From a bacterium (GTDB lineage Bacteria; JAUVQV01; DATDCY01), in contig DATDCY010000279.1 of assembly GCA_036524115.1 (NCBI GenBank), positions 1 to 58,146 of the forward strand: a stretch of 58,146 nt of DNA, read 5' to 3'. Shown here piece by piece: positions 8,996 to 17,479 of this stretch. Positions within the stretch are counted from its first letter, which is position 1. Each line of letters opens with the position of its first letter. The notes under the pieces were generated by a model. It saw only the letters and a list, made by a program, of their open reading frames with translations, was not told the DNA's origin and did no database searches. The position numbers were made by a program, and so were the translations under genes.

Positions 8996-10618
8996 TCACC
9001 CCCCGAACAAGACCGGATGCGCCAGGGGCAAGGTGAGGGTCGCGGTGAGGCCGCGGCCGCGGCCCGGCGAGGCGAGCTCGATCGTCCCGCCCATGCCCTC
9101 CATGATCGAGCGGCAGATGCTCAGGCCCACGCCGCTGCCCTCGATTGACGCCGACGCCTGGTAGAAGCGCTCGAAGGCGCGCTCCAGCTCCTCCGGGGCC
9201 ATGCCGATGCCGTTGTCCGCGACGAGCACCACGGCGCGCCCCCCCGTGGCACGCGCCGACAGCTCGAGGCGCCGGCCAGCGGGGGCGGCGAACTTCACGG
9301 CGTTGTTCACCAGGTTCGAGACCACGTGCCAGAGCATCTCGGCGTCGGCCGTGACCGTGAGAGGCCCGGCCGCGACATCGACGGCGAACGCCGCTGCATC
9401 GAGGGCCGGCCGGTAGTCCTCGAGCACGCCCGCGAGCACCTCGTCCACCCGCACCGGCTCGAGGCGGTACACGCGATGCCCCGACTCCAGGCGCGCCAGG
9501 TCGAGCAGGTTGCGGATGACCCGCTGCTGGCGGCGGACGGTCTCCGCCATGACCTCGACGGTCTTGGCCACCGCGCCGGTGCACGCGCCGCCGAGCTGCA
9601 GACGGAGGATCTCCAGCTGCATCGCCTGCTTGGCCACCGGGGTCTTGAGCTCGTGGGAGACATCGCGGACGAGGCCGTCCTTGATCCGGTCGAGAGCGCG
9701 CAGCTCCATGTTCTGGCGCTCGAGCTCCTCCTTGGCGCGGCGCAGCGCCAGCGCCGCCTCGGCCTGCTCGGTGATGTCGCGCACCAGCTTCAGGCCCGCG
9801 ACCACCTTCCCGGAAGCGTCCCGCAGCGGCGAGGACACCAGCTCCATGTGCAGCGTCTTCCCCCCATGCACGACGCTGGTGACGTGCCGGTGCACCTGGC
9901 CGTCCGCGAACGTCCGCTCGACCGGACAGCCGGGGCAAACGTGGTCGAGCCCCTCGTAGGCGCGGTGACAGAGCTCGCCGATGTGGTCGCCGAAGCGGCT
10001 GCGGTTGACCTCGTTCTGGTACGTGATGCGGAAGTCGCGGTCCTGGATGATGATGCTGTCACCGAGCGCCGCTATCACCGACTCGGCCCGCTCGTGCTCC
10101 CCCGCCGCGCGCTCCGACGCGCTGCGCGCTTCCTCGGCGAGGCGCCGCACCGGTGTGGCGTCCGTGATGACGCCGATGAACGCCGGGTGGTCGGCCCACG
10201 TCGTGAGCCAGGAGCTCTGGAGCACGTCGATCGGCCGGCCGTCGCGGGCGAGCACCGTGAACTCGAACGGGAGGTGCTCCTCGCCCCGCAGGTGCATCTC
10301 GCGGCTGGCGCGCACCTTCTCCGCCGAGTCGGGGGCGATCGTCGCGAAGAAGTCGAAGCCCGGCGCGCACGCTTCCTCCGGCGAGTACCCGAGCAGCTCG
10401 TGGAACCGGCGGTTGACGTAGACCAGACGCCCCGCCGCCAGGTCGTAGAGGAAGATGACGCTGGCCGAGTCGTCGGCGAGACGCAGGAGCAGCCCCATCC
10501 GCTCGCGCAGCTCGTCGCGCTCCGCGCGGACGCGCGCAAGCTCGGCATCCTCGGGGCGCGCCTTCGCGACCGCCCGGCCGCGCCCCGCCTTTGAAGCGGA
10601 CTTCTTTCCCGCCCGCAC
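8996..10618 (-). CDS. cytoplasmic PAS-domain sensor histidine kinase
   Basis: H-box SHELKTPVA and ATPase boxes NLVNNAVKFA, DNGIGM and GSGVGLSI. Two PAS-like regions and no TM segments. The start is GTG 10618 and is uncertain. Confidence 0.85.
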   Translation of the reverse strand: MRAGKKSASKAGRGRAVAKARPEDAELARVRAERDELRERMGLLLRLADDSASVIFLYDLAAGRLVYVNRRFHELLGYSPEEACAPGFDFFATIAPDSAEKVRASREMHLRGEEHLPFEFTVLARDGRPIDVLQSSWLTTWADHPAFIGVITDATPVRRLAEEARSASERAAGEHERAESVIAALGDSIIIQDRDFRITYQNEVNRSRFGDHIGELCHRAYEGLDHVCPGCPVERTFADGQVHRHVTSVVHGGKTLHMELVSSPLRDASGKVVAGLKLVRDITEQAEAALALRRAKEELERQNMELRALDRIKDGLVRDVSHELKTPVAKQAMQLEILRLQLGGACTGAVAKTVEVMAETVRRQQRVIRNLLDLARLESGHRVYRLEPVRVDEVLAGVLEDYRPALDAAAFAVDVAAGPLTVTADAEMLWHVVSNLVNNAVKFAAPAGRRLELSARATGGRAVVLVADNGIGMAPEELERAFERFYQASASIEGSGVGLSICRSIMEGMGGTIELASPGRGRGLTATLTLPLAHPVLFGG

Positions 10619-10753
10619 GGCACCCCCGTTTCCCGGAGTCGGTCCGGATGCGAAACCCGCCCCGATATCTACCGTCCGCTCCAGGCGGTGTCAAGGAACG
10701 GGCAGTCATGGGATGACATTTTCACCGGGTTAACGCGCCCGTGTGCGCACACC

Positions 10754-10783
10754 TTGACAGCCGCGCCGGTGGCGCCATATTAT
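10754..10783 (+). promoter_or_regulatory. sigma70-type promoter TTGACA-N18-TATTAT for the PxxKW gene
   Basis: TTGACA at 10754-10759 and TATTAT at 10778-10783 form an AT-rich island in GC-rich DNA, about 40 nt upstream of ATG 10822. Confidence 0.5.
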
Positions 10784-10821
10784 TCACGGTTCGGGACACT
10801 AGGGAAGAAGGAGAAGCAGAG

Positions 10822-11109
10822 ATGGAATGCGCGACGATCAAGGAAGGGACCCGGTGCACCTTCATGGCGAAGACGGGCTGCACGTTCAGCGGCGGCCGCT
10901 GCCTGACGGTGGTCGAGAAGTGCGAGGGCTGCAGCAACGTCAAGGAGTTCCCGTCGGGGACCTACTGCACGGTGTTCGCCAACCCGGCCTCGAAGTGGAC
11001 GCTCGGCCGCTGCAACTTCGCGACGCACGTCAAGCTCGAGGTCAAGAAGGATGACAAGAAGCTCAACCCGCTGAAGGCCTCCAAGCGCAGCCAGGCCGCC
11101 AAGAAGTAG
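10822..11109 (+). CDS. PxxKW-family small cysteine-rich protein
   Basis: ATG 10822 follows GAAGGAG. MECATIKEGTRCTFMAKTGCTFSGGRCLTVVEKCEGCSNV...NPASKWTLGRCNFATHV...LNPLKASKR has 10 Cys, a P-A-S-K-W motif and a basic tail. It resembles the family that NCBI names PxxKW cysteine-rich protein (from memory). Confidence 0.75.
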   Translation: MECATIKEGTRCTFMAKTGCTFSGGRCLTVVEKCEGCSNVKEFPSGTYCTVFANPASKWTLGRCNFATHVKLEVKKDDKKLNPLKASKRSQAAKK

Positions 11110-11130
11110 CGGCGCGCCCGCGCTGGCATC

Positions 11131-11162
11131 GGGCACCCGGGGCGACCCGGGTGCCCTTTTTT
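11131..11162 (+). terminator. rho-independent terminator
   Basis: Perfect 10-bp stem GGGCACCCGG/CCGGGTGCCC with a 6-nt loop, followed by TTTTTT. Confidence 0.85.
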
Positions 11163-11227
11163 GTCCTATATTCCCCCTTGAGGCCCTCCGCCGGGGGGCC
11201 GCCACCGCCTTCGGTCCGGGGGAGGGA

Positions 11228-12484
11228 ATGCCCGTGGGTCATCTCGGCCGCCACGGCCACGCCAGGCTCGCGCAACGGCTCGGGCAGTATGTGCCGGGCG
11301 CGTTCCCGTCCGAGACCCTGTGCGCGATTCTCCGGGTCCTCGTGACGGAGGAGGAGGCGCGCCTCCTGGCCCTGCTGCCGCTGCGGGACGTCTCCGCGGA
11401 GCGCGCCGCGGCGATCTGGGACACGGACCCCGGGGCGGCCCGGGCGGTGCTCGAGTCGGCCGCCGGCAAGGGCGTCGTCTACGCCTCCGGCCCGCCCGGC
11501 GCGCGGCGCTACCTGCTGGCGGCGCCGGTGCTCGGCTTCGTCGAGTTCTCGCTGATGCGGACCGACGGGAAGTTCGACGCCGGCCTGCTCTCGCGCCTCT
11601 ACCACCAGTACTGCGACGTCGAGGAGGACTTCATCCGCCTGCAGGGCTCGGCGCACCCGGCGCTCGCCCGGGTCTTCGCCCAGGAGGCGATGCTCGGCGA
11701 GGAGGTCGCCTCGGAGGTCCTCAGCTGGGACCGCGTGAGCGCCGGCATCGACGCCGCCTCGCGCGTCACCGTCGGCCTCTGCTTCTGCAGGACCAAGCGG
11801 CGCCACCTGGGGGAGGGCTGCGGCGCGCCCGACGAGGTCTGCCTGACCTTCAACGACGTGGCCGCCTATCTCGCCGACTACGGCATCGCGCGCGAGATCT
11901 CGCGCGACGAGGCGCACCGCATCGCCCGCGACTGCATGGAACGCGGGCTCGTGCAGGTCGGCGACAACAAGAAGGGGGCCCTGGCGGTCATCTGCAACTG
12001 CTGCGGCTGCTGCTGCGAGGTCCTGCGCGGGCACCGGCGCTTCGGCGGCACGGGCCTGGTGAGCCCGTCGGCGTTCGTGGCCGCGGTGGAGGCGGGCGCG
12101 TGCACCGGCTGCGGCACCTGCGCCGCCCGCTGCCCGGCAGGGGCCGTCAGGCTCACGGACGGGCGCGCCGTCGTGGACGCGGGGGTCTGCCTCGGCTGCG
12201 GCGTGTGCGCCCGCTTCTGCCCGGGCGGCGCCAGCCGGATGCGGCCGCGCGCCGAGCGGCCCTTCGTGCCCGAGGACCTGGTCGAGAAGATGGTCATGGC
12301 CGGCATCGACGCGGGCAAGCTCGGCAACTTCCTCTTCGACGACCAGCGCAGCGCCGCCCACGCGCTCGCGCGCCGGACGGTCAACGGGCTGCTGCGGCTG
12401 CCGGGGCTCAGGGGCCTGCTGCTGCGCCCCGCGATCGTCGCGCGGATCGTGCACGTGGCCCGTGAGAGCGCCCGCGCGTCCTGA
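11228..12484 (+). CDS. 4Fe-4S dicluster domain protein with CNCCGCCC motif
   Basis: CTGCGTCAARCP and CLGCGVCARFCP ferredoxin motifs, plus ICNCCGCCCEV and LCFCRTKRRH. In-frame GTG 11234 is an alternative start. Confidence 0.7.
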   Translation: MPVGHLGRHGHARLAQRLGQYVPGAFPSETLCAILRVLVTEEEARLLALLPLRDVSAERAAAIWDTDPGAARAVLESAAGKGVVYASGPPGARRYLLAAPVLGFVEFSLMRTDGKFDAGLLSRLYHQYCDVEEDFIRLQGSAHPALARVFAQEAMLGEEVASEVLSWDRVSAGIDAASRVTVGLCFCRTKRRHLGEGCGAPDEVCLTFNDVAAYLADYGIAREISRDEAHRIARDCMERGLVQVGDNKKGALAVICNCCGCCCEVLRGHRRFGGTGLVSPSAFVAAVEAGACTGCGTCAARCPAGAVRLTDGRAVVDAGVCLGCGVCARFCPGGASRMRPRAERPFVPEDLVEKMVMAGIDAGKLGNFLFDDQRSAAHALARRTVNGLLRLPGLRGLLLRPAIVARIVHVARESARAS

Positions 12485-13016
12485 GCGCCGCGCCGGCCTC
12501 GAGGGCCAGCAGCGCCCGCTTGCGCGCGAGGCCGCCGGCGTAGCCGGTGAGCGTGCCGTCCGCGCCGACCACCCGGTGGCAGGGCACGACGATCGCGAGC
12601 GGGTTGCGGGCGCAGGCGGAGCCGACCGCGCGCACCGCCCGTGGCGAGCCCGCGGCGTGCGCGATCTCGCCGTAGGTCGCCGTCGCGCCGTAGGGGATCC
12701 GCCGGAGCGCCTCCCAGACCCGGCGCTGGAAGGGCGTCCCCGCCGGAGCGAGCGGGAGATCAAAGGCGGTCCGTGTTCCCGCGAAGTACGCGGCCAGCTC
12801 GCGCCGGGCCCGCGCGAGCGCCGCCCCTCCCGGCGCGGCGGCGGACGCGCCCGCGCCCCCGGCGCCCCGGCGCGCAAAGTGCAGCGCGACGAGGGCACCC
12901 CCCTCGAACGCGAGAACGAGCGGGCCGACGGGGCTGTCGATGGTTGCCGCACACGCCGAGCCGCCCCCGGGGCGGGAGGACGCGTTCCGGGCGACAAGCC
13001 GGCTGGAGCGTGCCAT
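12408..13016 (-). CDS. ogt: methylated-DNA-protein-cysteine methyltransferase
   Basis: FQRRVWEALRRIPYGATATYGEIA and the active-site IVVPCHRVV. ATG is at 13016. The 3' end overlaps the convergent Fe-S gene by 77 nt. Confidence 0.85.
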   Translation of the reverse strand: MARSSRLVARNASSRPGGGSACAATIDSPVGPLVLAFEGGALVALHFARRGAGGAGASAAAPGGAALARARRELAAYFAGTRTAFDLPLAPAGTPFQRRVWEALRRIPYGATATYGEIAHAAGSPRAVRAVGSACARNPLAIVVPCHRVVGADGTLTGYAGGLARKRALLALEAGAALRTRGRSHGPRARSARRSRGAAAGP

Positions 13017-13034
13017 GCATCGACATACTGTCTC

Positions 13035-13063
13035 TTGCCGCTGAAGTTGCACTCCCCGATAAT
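13035..13063 (+). promoter_or_regulatory. possible sigma70 promoter TTGCCG-N17-GATAAT
   Basis: Hexamers at 13035-13040 and 13058-13063, about 48 nt upstream of ATG 13111. Confidence 0.35.
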
Positions 13064-13110
13064 CTCGTCATGATCGTCACTCTCCGTTTCGGGCCCATCG
13101 TCGTCAATCC

Positions 13111-14238
13111 ATGAGACTCGCTCGGCGCGCGCTGCCCGCTCTGCTCACCGGCGTCGGTCTTTGCTGCTCCGCCCGCGCGGCCTCGCCGCCCGCTCCGGTC
13201 CTGCAGACCGGCCAGACCAGGTGCTACGGCGAGACGGGCGCGAGCGACGCCGTCTGCGCCGGGACGGGCCAGGACGGGGAGATCAGGAGCGGTGCGCGCT
13301 GGCCCGAGCCGCGCTTCGCGGCGGAAGGCGATCAGATGATCGTCGACCGGCTGACGGGACTGGTCTGGACCAGGGACGCCAACGCAGCCGGCGGGCCGAG
13401 GACCTGGCAGGAGGCGCTTGCGTACGTCAGGACTCTCGACGCCGGAAACCACCTGGGTCACGGCGATTGGCGCCTGCCCAACGTCAACGAACTCGGGAGC
13501 CTCTTCAACGCGCAGGCCAATCTGGCCGAGTGGCTGCAGGCCCAGGGATTTCGCAATCTCCAGGTGGACTACTACTGGACGTCCACCACCTACGCCAGCT
13601 ACCCGCGATACGCCTGGAGCGTCGACATCTACGGCGGCATCGTGGCCGGCCATGACAAGGCGGACCTCTACTTCGTCTGGCCGGTGCGCCGGAGGGAGCC
13701 GGGTGCCGTTTCCTTGCCGCAGACCGGCCAGAACACCTGCCATGATCAATCCGGAACCGTGAGCGCCTGCGCCGGAACCGGTCAGGACGGCGAATCGCAG
13801 GCCGGCGTCCCCTGGCCGAGCCCGCGCTTTGTCGCGAATGCCGACGGGACCGTGTCCGACAGGTTGACGGGGCTGGTGTGGAGCAGGGAAGGCCAGGCGC
13901 CCGGCCCCGAAGTCTGCAGGCCCGGCACGCGCATGACCCTGCGAGCTGCGCTACAATTCGTGACGTGTCTCAACGCCAACAGCTATCTGGGCTGGAAGGA
14001 CTGGCGCCTGCCGAACCGCAACGAACTCGCGACCCTGGTGGACCGCGGCCAGGCCGACAGCTCCGCGTGGCTGAACACGTCGGGATTCTCGAGGGTGCAG
14101 TCCGCCAGCTACTGGTCCTCGAGCGCCTTCGTCTACAACCCCGGCAACTGGTGGAGCGTGAATCTTCACGACGGCGCCGTGACGACCTACGCCAGGGGAC
14201 ACGGCATCAACGTCTGGCCGGTCCGCGGCGGGGAGTGA
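13111..14238 (+). CDS. secreted DUF1566 (Lcl C-terminal domain) protein, two-domain
   Basis: Signal peptide, then two repeats of TGQ..CY...C.GTGQDGE...WP.PRF...DRLTGLVW...DWRLPN.NEL..L...YWSS. Confidence 0.75.
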   Translation: MRLARRALPALLTGVGLCCSARAASPPAPVLQTGQTRCYGETGASDAVCAGTGQDGEIRSGARWPEPRFAAEGDQMIVDRLTGLVWTRDANAAGGPRTWQEALAYVRTLDAGNHLGHGDWRLPNVNELGSLFNAQANLAEWLQAQGFRNLQVDYYWTSTTYASYPRYAWSVDIYGGIVAGHDKADLYFVWPVRRREPGAVSLPQTGQNTCHDQSGTVSACAGTGQDGESQAGVPWPSPRFVANADGTVSDRLTGLVWSREGQAPGPEVCRPGTRMTLRAALQFVTCLNANSYLGWKDWRLPNRNELATLVDRGQADSSAWLNTSGFSRVQSASYWSSSAFVYNPGNWWSVNLHDGAVTTYARGHGINVWPVRGGE

Positions 14239-14243
14239 CGACC

Positions 14244-14951
14244 ATGCCGGCACGGTTCGCCGCCATCTTCTTCGTGCTGCTGGCCTTGCCCCTGCCCGCC
14301 GGCGCCGGGACGATCCAGCTTCCGCGGACCGGGCAGAGCACCTGCTACGACGCGACCGGCGTCATCATCGACTGCGCCAACACCGGCCAGGACGGCGACA
14401 CGCAGACCGGGGTGCCCTGGCCTTCCCCCCGCTTCACGGACAACGGGGACGGCACCGTCACCGACAACCTGACCGGGCTGATCTGGCTCAGGGACGCCAA
14501 CTGCACCGACACCGTCGGGGGGATTCCGCGGGCCGGCGGGCTGCTGAACTGGCCCTCGGCGCTCACGTGGTGCAACAGCCTGGCGCACGGCAGATGCGGC
14601 CTCGCCGACAACTCCGTGGCCGGCGACTGGCGCCTCCCCAACATCAACGAGCTGAAGAGCCTCGTCGACCACTCGCGACACGACCCGGACCTGCCCGGCG
14701 GTCATCCGTTCCGCAATGTTCAACCCCTGTGGTACTGGTCGTCCACGTCGAACCCGGTCTACACCGCCGGCGCGTTCAACGTCGGGATGAGCCGCGGCAG
14801 CATCCACGTCACCGACAAGCTGCCCAGCCGGTTCGGCTCCAGCAATGTCTCGGACAAGGAGGAAAGCGCCCTCGGGGTCTGGCCGGTCCGCGGCGGGCAG
14901 CCGGCCCGCGAGCGGAGGAATCCCTCCCCTACCGTGCCTCCGGCGCCATGA
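14244..14951 (+). CDS. secreted DUF1566 (Lcl C-terminal domain) protein, single-domain paralog
   Basis: ATG 14244 lies inside ORF 13878..14951. Signal peptide MPARFAAIFFVLLALPLPAGAG, then TGQSTCYD...NTGQDGD...DWRLPNINELKSLV...YWSSTS. Confidence 0.75.
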   Translation: MPARFAAIFFVLLALPLPAGAGTIQLPRTGQSTCYDATGVIIDCANTGQDGDTQTGVPWPSPRFTDNGDGTVTDNLTGLIWLRDANCTDTVGGIPRAGGLLNWPSALTWCNSLAHGRCGLADNSVAGDWRLPNINELKSLVDHSRHDPDLPGGHPFRNVQPLWYWSSTSNPVYTAGAFNVGMSRGSIHVTDKLPSRFGSSNVSDKEESALGVWPVRGGQPARERRNPSPTVPPAP

Positions 14952-16053
14952 TCACGGCGTCGAAGAACGGCGGGAGAGGCTTCTCCTCGACGAGCCGGTA
15001 GCCGGCGACGGCGAGTTCCCTGAGCATCACGTACTTGCTGGTGTGGCGGTTGGCGTCGCCAGCCGGGAAGTAGGCGCCCCTCCCGCCTTCCGCAAGGCAG
15101 TCGCCGAACCGCGCGCTGAAGAAGAGACGGTTCAGCTTGATCACCGCGCGCAGCTTCCTCTGGTCGCCCCGATCGAAGGTGTCGTCGAGCGCGCCGTCCT
15201 CTTCGAGCGTCATGAGCAGCCAGTTGGCGAGATCGCGCTCCGCCGGCGAGAACATGCCCCGGGTGAAATACGAGTCCCGGTAGAAGTGCCGGTAGAACTG
15301 CGGGTCCAGGAGCATCCGATTGAAGTCCCGGACCAGGGCGTCCTTGAGCGCCGCGTCCTTCCCGGGACTCCTGAGAAGCTGCCGCGTGGCGTCCGACAGT
15401 CGCGAGACGAAGGGGCTCTCGGGCGGCTCCTGGGCGAGACGTCCCGCCAACTCTTCGGGGCGGGCGAGATCGTCTTCGGAAAACAGCGGCGTCTGGTTGT
15501 AGAGGATGACGACCAGCCGGCCGCCCGGCTTGAGGAAGGCGCGCAGCTTCGTGAAGTAGTCGACACGGGCGTCGAGGGCGTGATAGACGTTCGAGAGGAA
15601 CACCAGGTCATACCGGTGCCTGGCGTAGAACTCGTCCAGGCCGTTGGCGGAAACCACGGCCGCGGAGAGGTTGCCGAGGCCGCGCCGCTTCGCCTCCGCC
15701 GTAATGTGCTCGACGAAGTCCGCGCGGATGTCGGTCGCGTAGACCGCGCCGCTTCCCTGGAGCCTCTCGGCAAACAGGAAGGAGGCGTAGCCCGGGCCGG
15801 CGCCAATGTCGAGGATCGACATCCCCGTCGCGATGCCCAGGGTGTCGACGAACGCCTCGAGATTGATCTTCTCCTGCCGGGAATTCTGCCGCCGGACCGC
15901 CACCTCGAGGGGAGGATGCGAAGAGGGCGGACCCGCCTGCAGGAGCCCCTGCTGCTGGGCGGGCGGCACCGGGACTTCGGCCGCAAGGGCCCGGCCGAGC
16001 ATGGCCGCGCCGGTCACCGCGAGCGCAGCGCAGACCAGCCTCACGCCCTTCAT
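14929..16053 (-). CDS. class I SAM-dependent methyltransferase with N-terminal signal peptide and long C-terminal extension (paralog 1)
   Basis: MKGVRLVCAALAVTGAAMLGRALAAE, then motif I ILDIGAGPGYASF and GGRLVVI. ATG 16053 follows GGAGGTGAC, 1 nt after the upstream stop. Confidence 0.8.
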   Translation of the reverse strand: MKGVRLVCAALAVTGAAMLGRALAAEVPVPPAQQQGLLQAGPPSSHPPLEVAVRRQNSRQEKINLEAFVDTLGIATGMSILDIGAGPGYASFLFAERLQGSGAVYATDIRADFVEHITAEAKRRGLGNLSAAVVSANGLDEFYARHRYDLVFLSNVYHALDARVDYFTKLRAFLKPGGRLVVILYNQTPLFSEDDLARPEELAGRLAQEPPESPFVSRLSDATRQLLRSPGKDAALKDALVRDFNRMLLDPQFYRHFYRDSYFTRGMFSPAERDLANWLLMTLEEDGALDDTFDRGDQRKLRAVIKLNRLFFSARFGDCLAEGGRGAYFPAGDANRHTSKYVMLRELAVAGYRLVEEKPLPPFFDAVIMAPEAR

Positions 16054-16054
16054 G

Positions 16055-17479
16055 TCACCTCCGGTAGGGACTCAATTCCCCGTCGGCATAGGCCGACCGC
16101 GGGAAGGGGATGTAGTCGGGGTGATAGAACTGGATGACGACCTCGTCCGCGAAGAACCGCCCCTTCTCGGTGAGCGTCACCAGCCCCTCCCGCTCCTCGA
16201 GCAGGCCGTACCGCGCCAGCCTCTCGATCCTGTCGCCGAACTCTCTCTCCAGCGGCGTGCCCGTCACGGCTTCGTAGCGCCTGCGGTCGACGCCGGCGTG
16301 CTTCAACGAGACGCAGACCGCCCACCGGCGCACGTCGTCCGCGGTCTTGATCTTGCCGCGGGCCACGGGCAGCCTCCCCCGGTCGACGGCGGCGTGATAA
16401 TCGTCGAGGCCCCTGCCGGTGTTGATGAAGAAGCGGTCCTGGAGGTTGTTCCAGGCCGAGATGCCGAATCCCAGGACGTTGGCAAGGCGGTCCGTGTGGT
16501 CCTGCAGGTACTCCGAGTTGTGCTCCGGCCCGCGGGCGAACACCCGCCTCGAGGTCTCCCGATAGCCGTTCCGCTCCGAGATCAGCAGTCCCAGCTCCTT
16601 CATGAGGTAGATCTCCTCCAGCGGGGGGAAGATCTCGGGGGAGGTGTCGTACATCTTCGTGATCGAGCCCGGCCGTGCTCCGTGGGGGACGATGCGCAGG
16701 CGGTACAGCTGATAGGCGTCGACGCCGAGGGCGGCGGCGGTCATCAGCGTCTCCACCCAGTTCTTCAGGGTCGACCCCGGGTAGCCGTAGATCAGATCGA
16801 TGCTGACGCTTTCGAAGCCGGCGTCGCGGATCGCCTGGAGCGCGTCCCGTGCATCCCGGGCGGTGTGCAGCCTCCCCGTGCCCTTCAGGATGCCGTCGTC
16901 GAAGGACTGGACGCCGAGGCTGATCCGGTTCACGCCGCCAGCCTTCATCGCCCGCAGCTTGGCCCTTCCCTCCGGGCCGAGGATGGTCGTCGGCTCCGTC
17001 TCGCAGGTGATCTGACGGCAGTTCCCGAGGTCGAAGTCCTCGGCGATCCCCCGCAGGAACCTCTCCGTCTGGGCCGGGGAGAGCATCGAGGGCGTGCCGC
17101 CCCCGACGAGGATGGACGTCGGGGAGATGACCGCCCCCCCGAGGAGGCCCTGGTAGATTCGCACCTCCCGCCGCAGGGCGTCGAGGTAGCGGTCGACCTC
17201 CTCGCTCGAATTGCCGACGCAGACCACCCAGTGGCAGTAGGCGCACCTTCTCGGGCAGAAGGGGAGATGGAAGTACAGCGAATTCCGGCCTCCCGCAGCG
17301 AACGAGAAGCCGCGGAAGATGTCCTCCTGGGTCGCCTCGGGATACTTGGTGATCGGCGGGTAATAGATGGCGGGGAAGTAGCCGCCGTCCAGCGGCAGGA
17401 ACCCGGCCTTGCGCAGCTCCTCCGTGGCAAAGGATCGAATCCTCGCGCTCGCCAGTGCCAACATCTCAGCGTGCTGCAT
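16055..17479 (-). CDS. HemN/HemW-like radical SAM protein (coproporphyrinogen III oxidase family)
   Basis: CPRRCAYCHW (CxxxCxxC), GGGTPS, SLGVQSFDD and DLIYGYPG, plus a C-terminal HemN_C-like region. Start is ATG 17479 or 17464. Confidence 0.85.
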   Translation of the reverse strand: MQHAEMLALASARIRSFATEELRKAGFLPLDGGYFPAIYYPPITKYPEATQEDIFRGFSFAAGGRNSLYFHLPFCPRRCAYCHWVVCVGNSSEEVDRYLDALRREVRIYQGLLGGAVISPTSILVGGGTPSMLSPAQTERFLRGIAEDFDLGNCRQITCETEPTTILGPEGRAKLRAMKAGGVNRISLGVQSFDDGILKGTGRLHTARDARDALQAIRDAGFESVSIDLIYGYPGSTLKNWVETLMTAAALGVDAYQLYRLRIVPHGARPGSITKMYDTSPEIFPPLEEIYLMKELGLLISERNGYRETSRRVFARGPEHNSEYLQDHTDRLANVLGFGISAWNNLQDRFFINTGRGLDDYHAAVDRGRLPVARGKIKTADDVRRWAVCVSLKHAGVDRRRYEAVTGTPLEREFGDRIERLARYGLLEEREGLVTLTEKGRFFADEVVIQFYHPDYIPFPRSAYADGELSPYRR

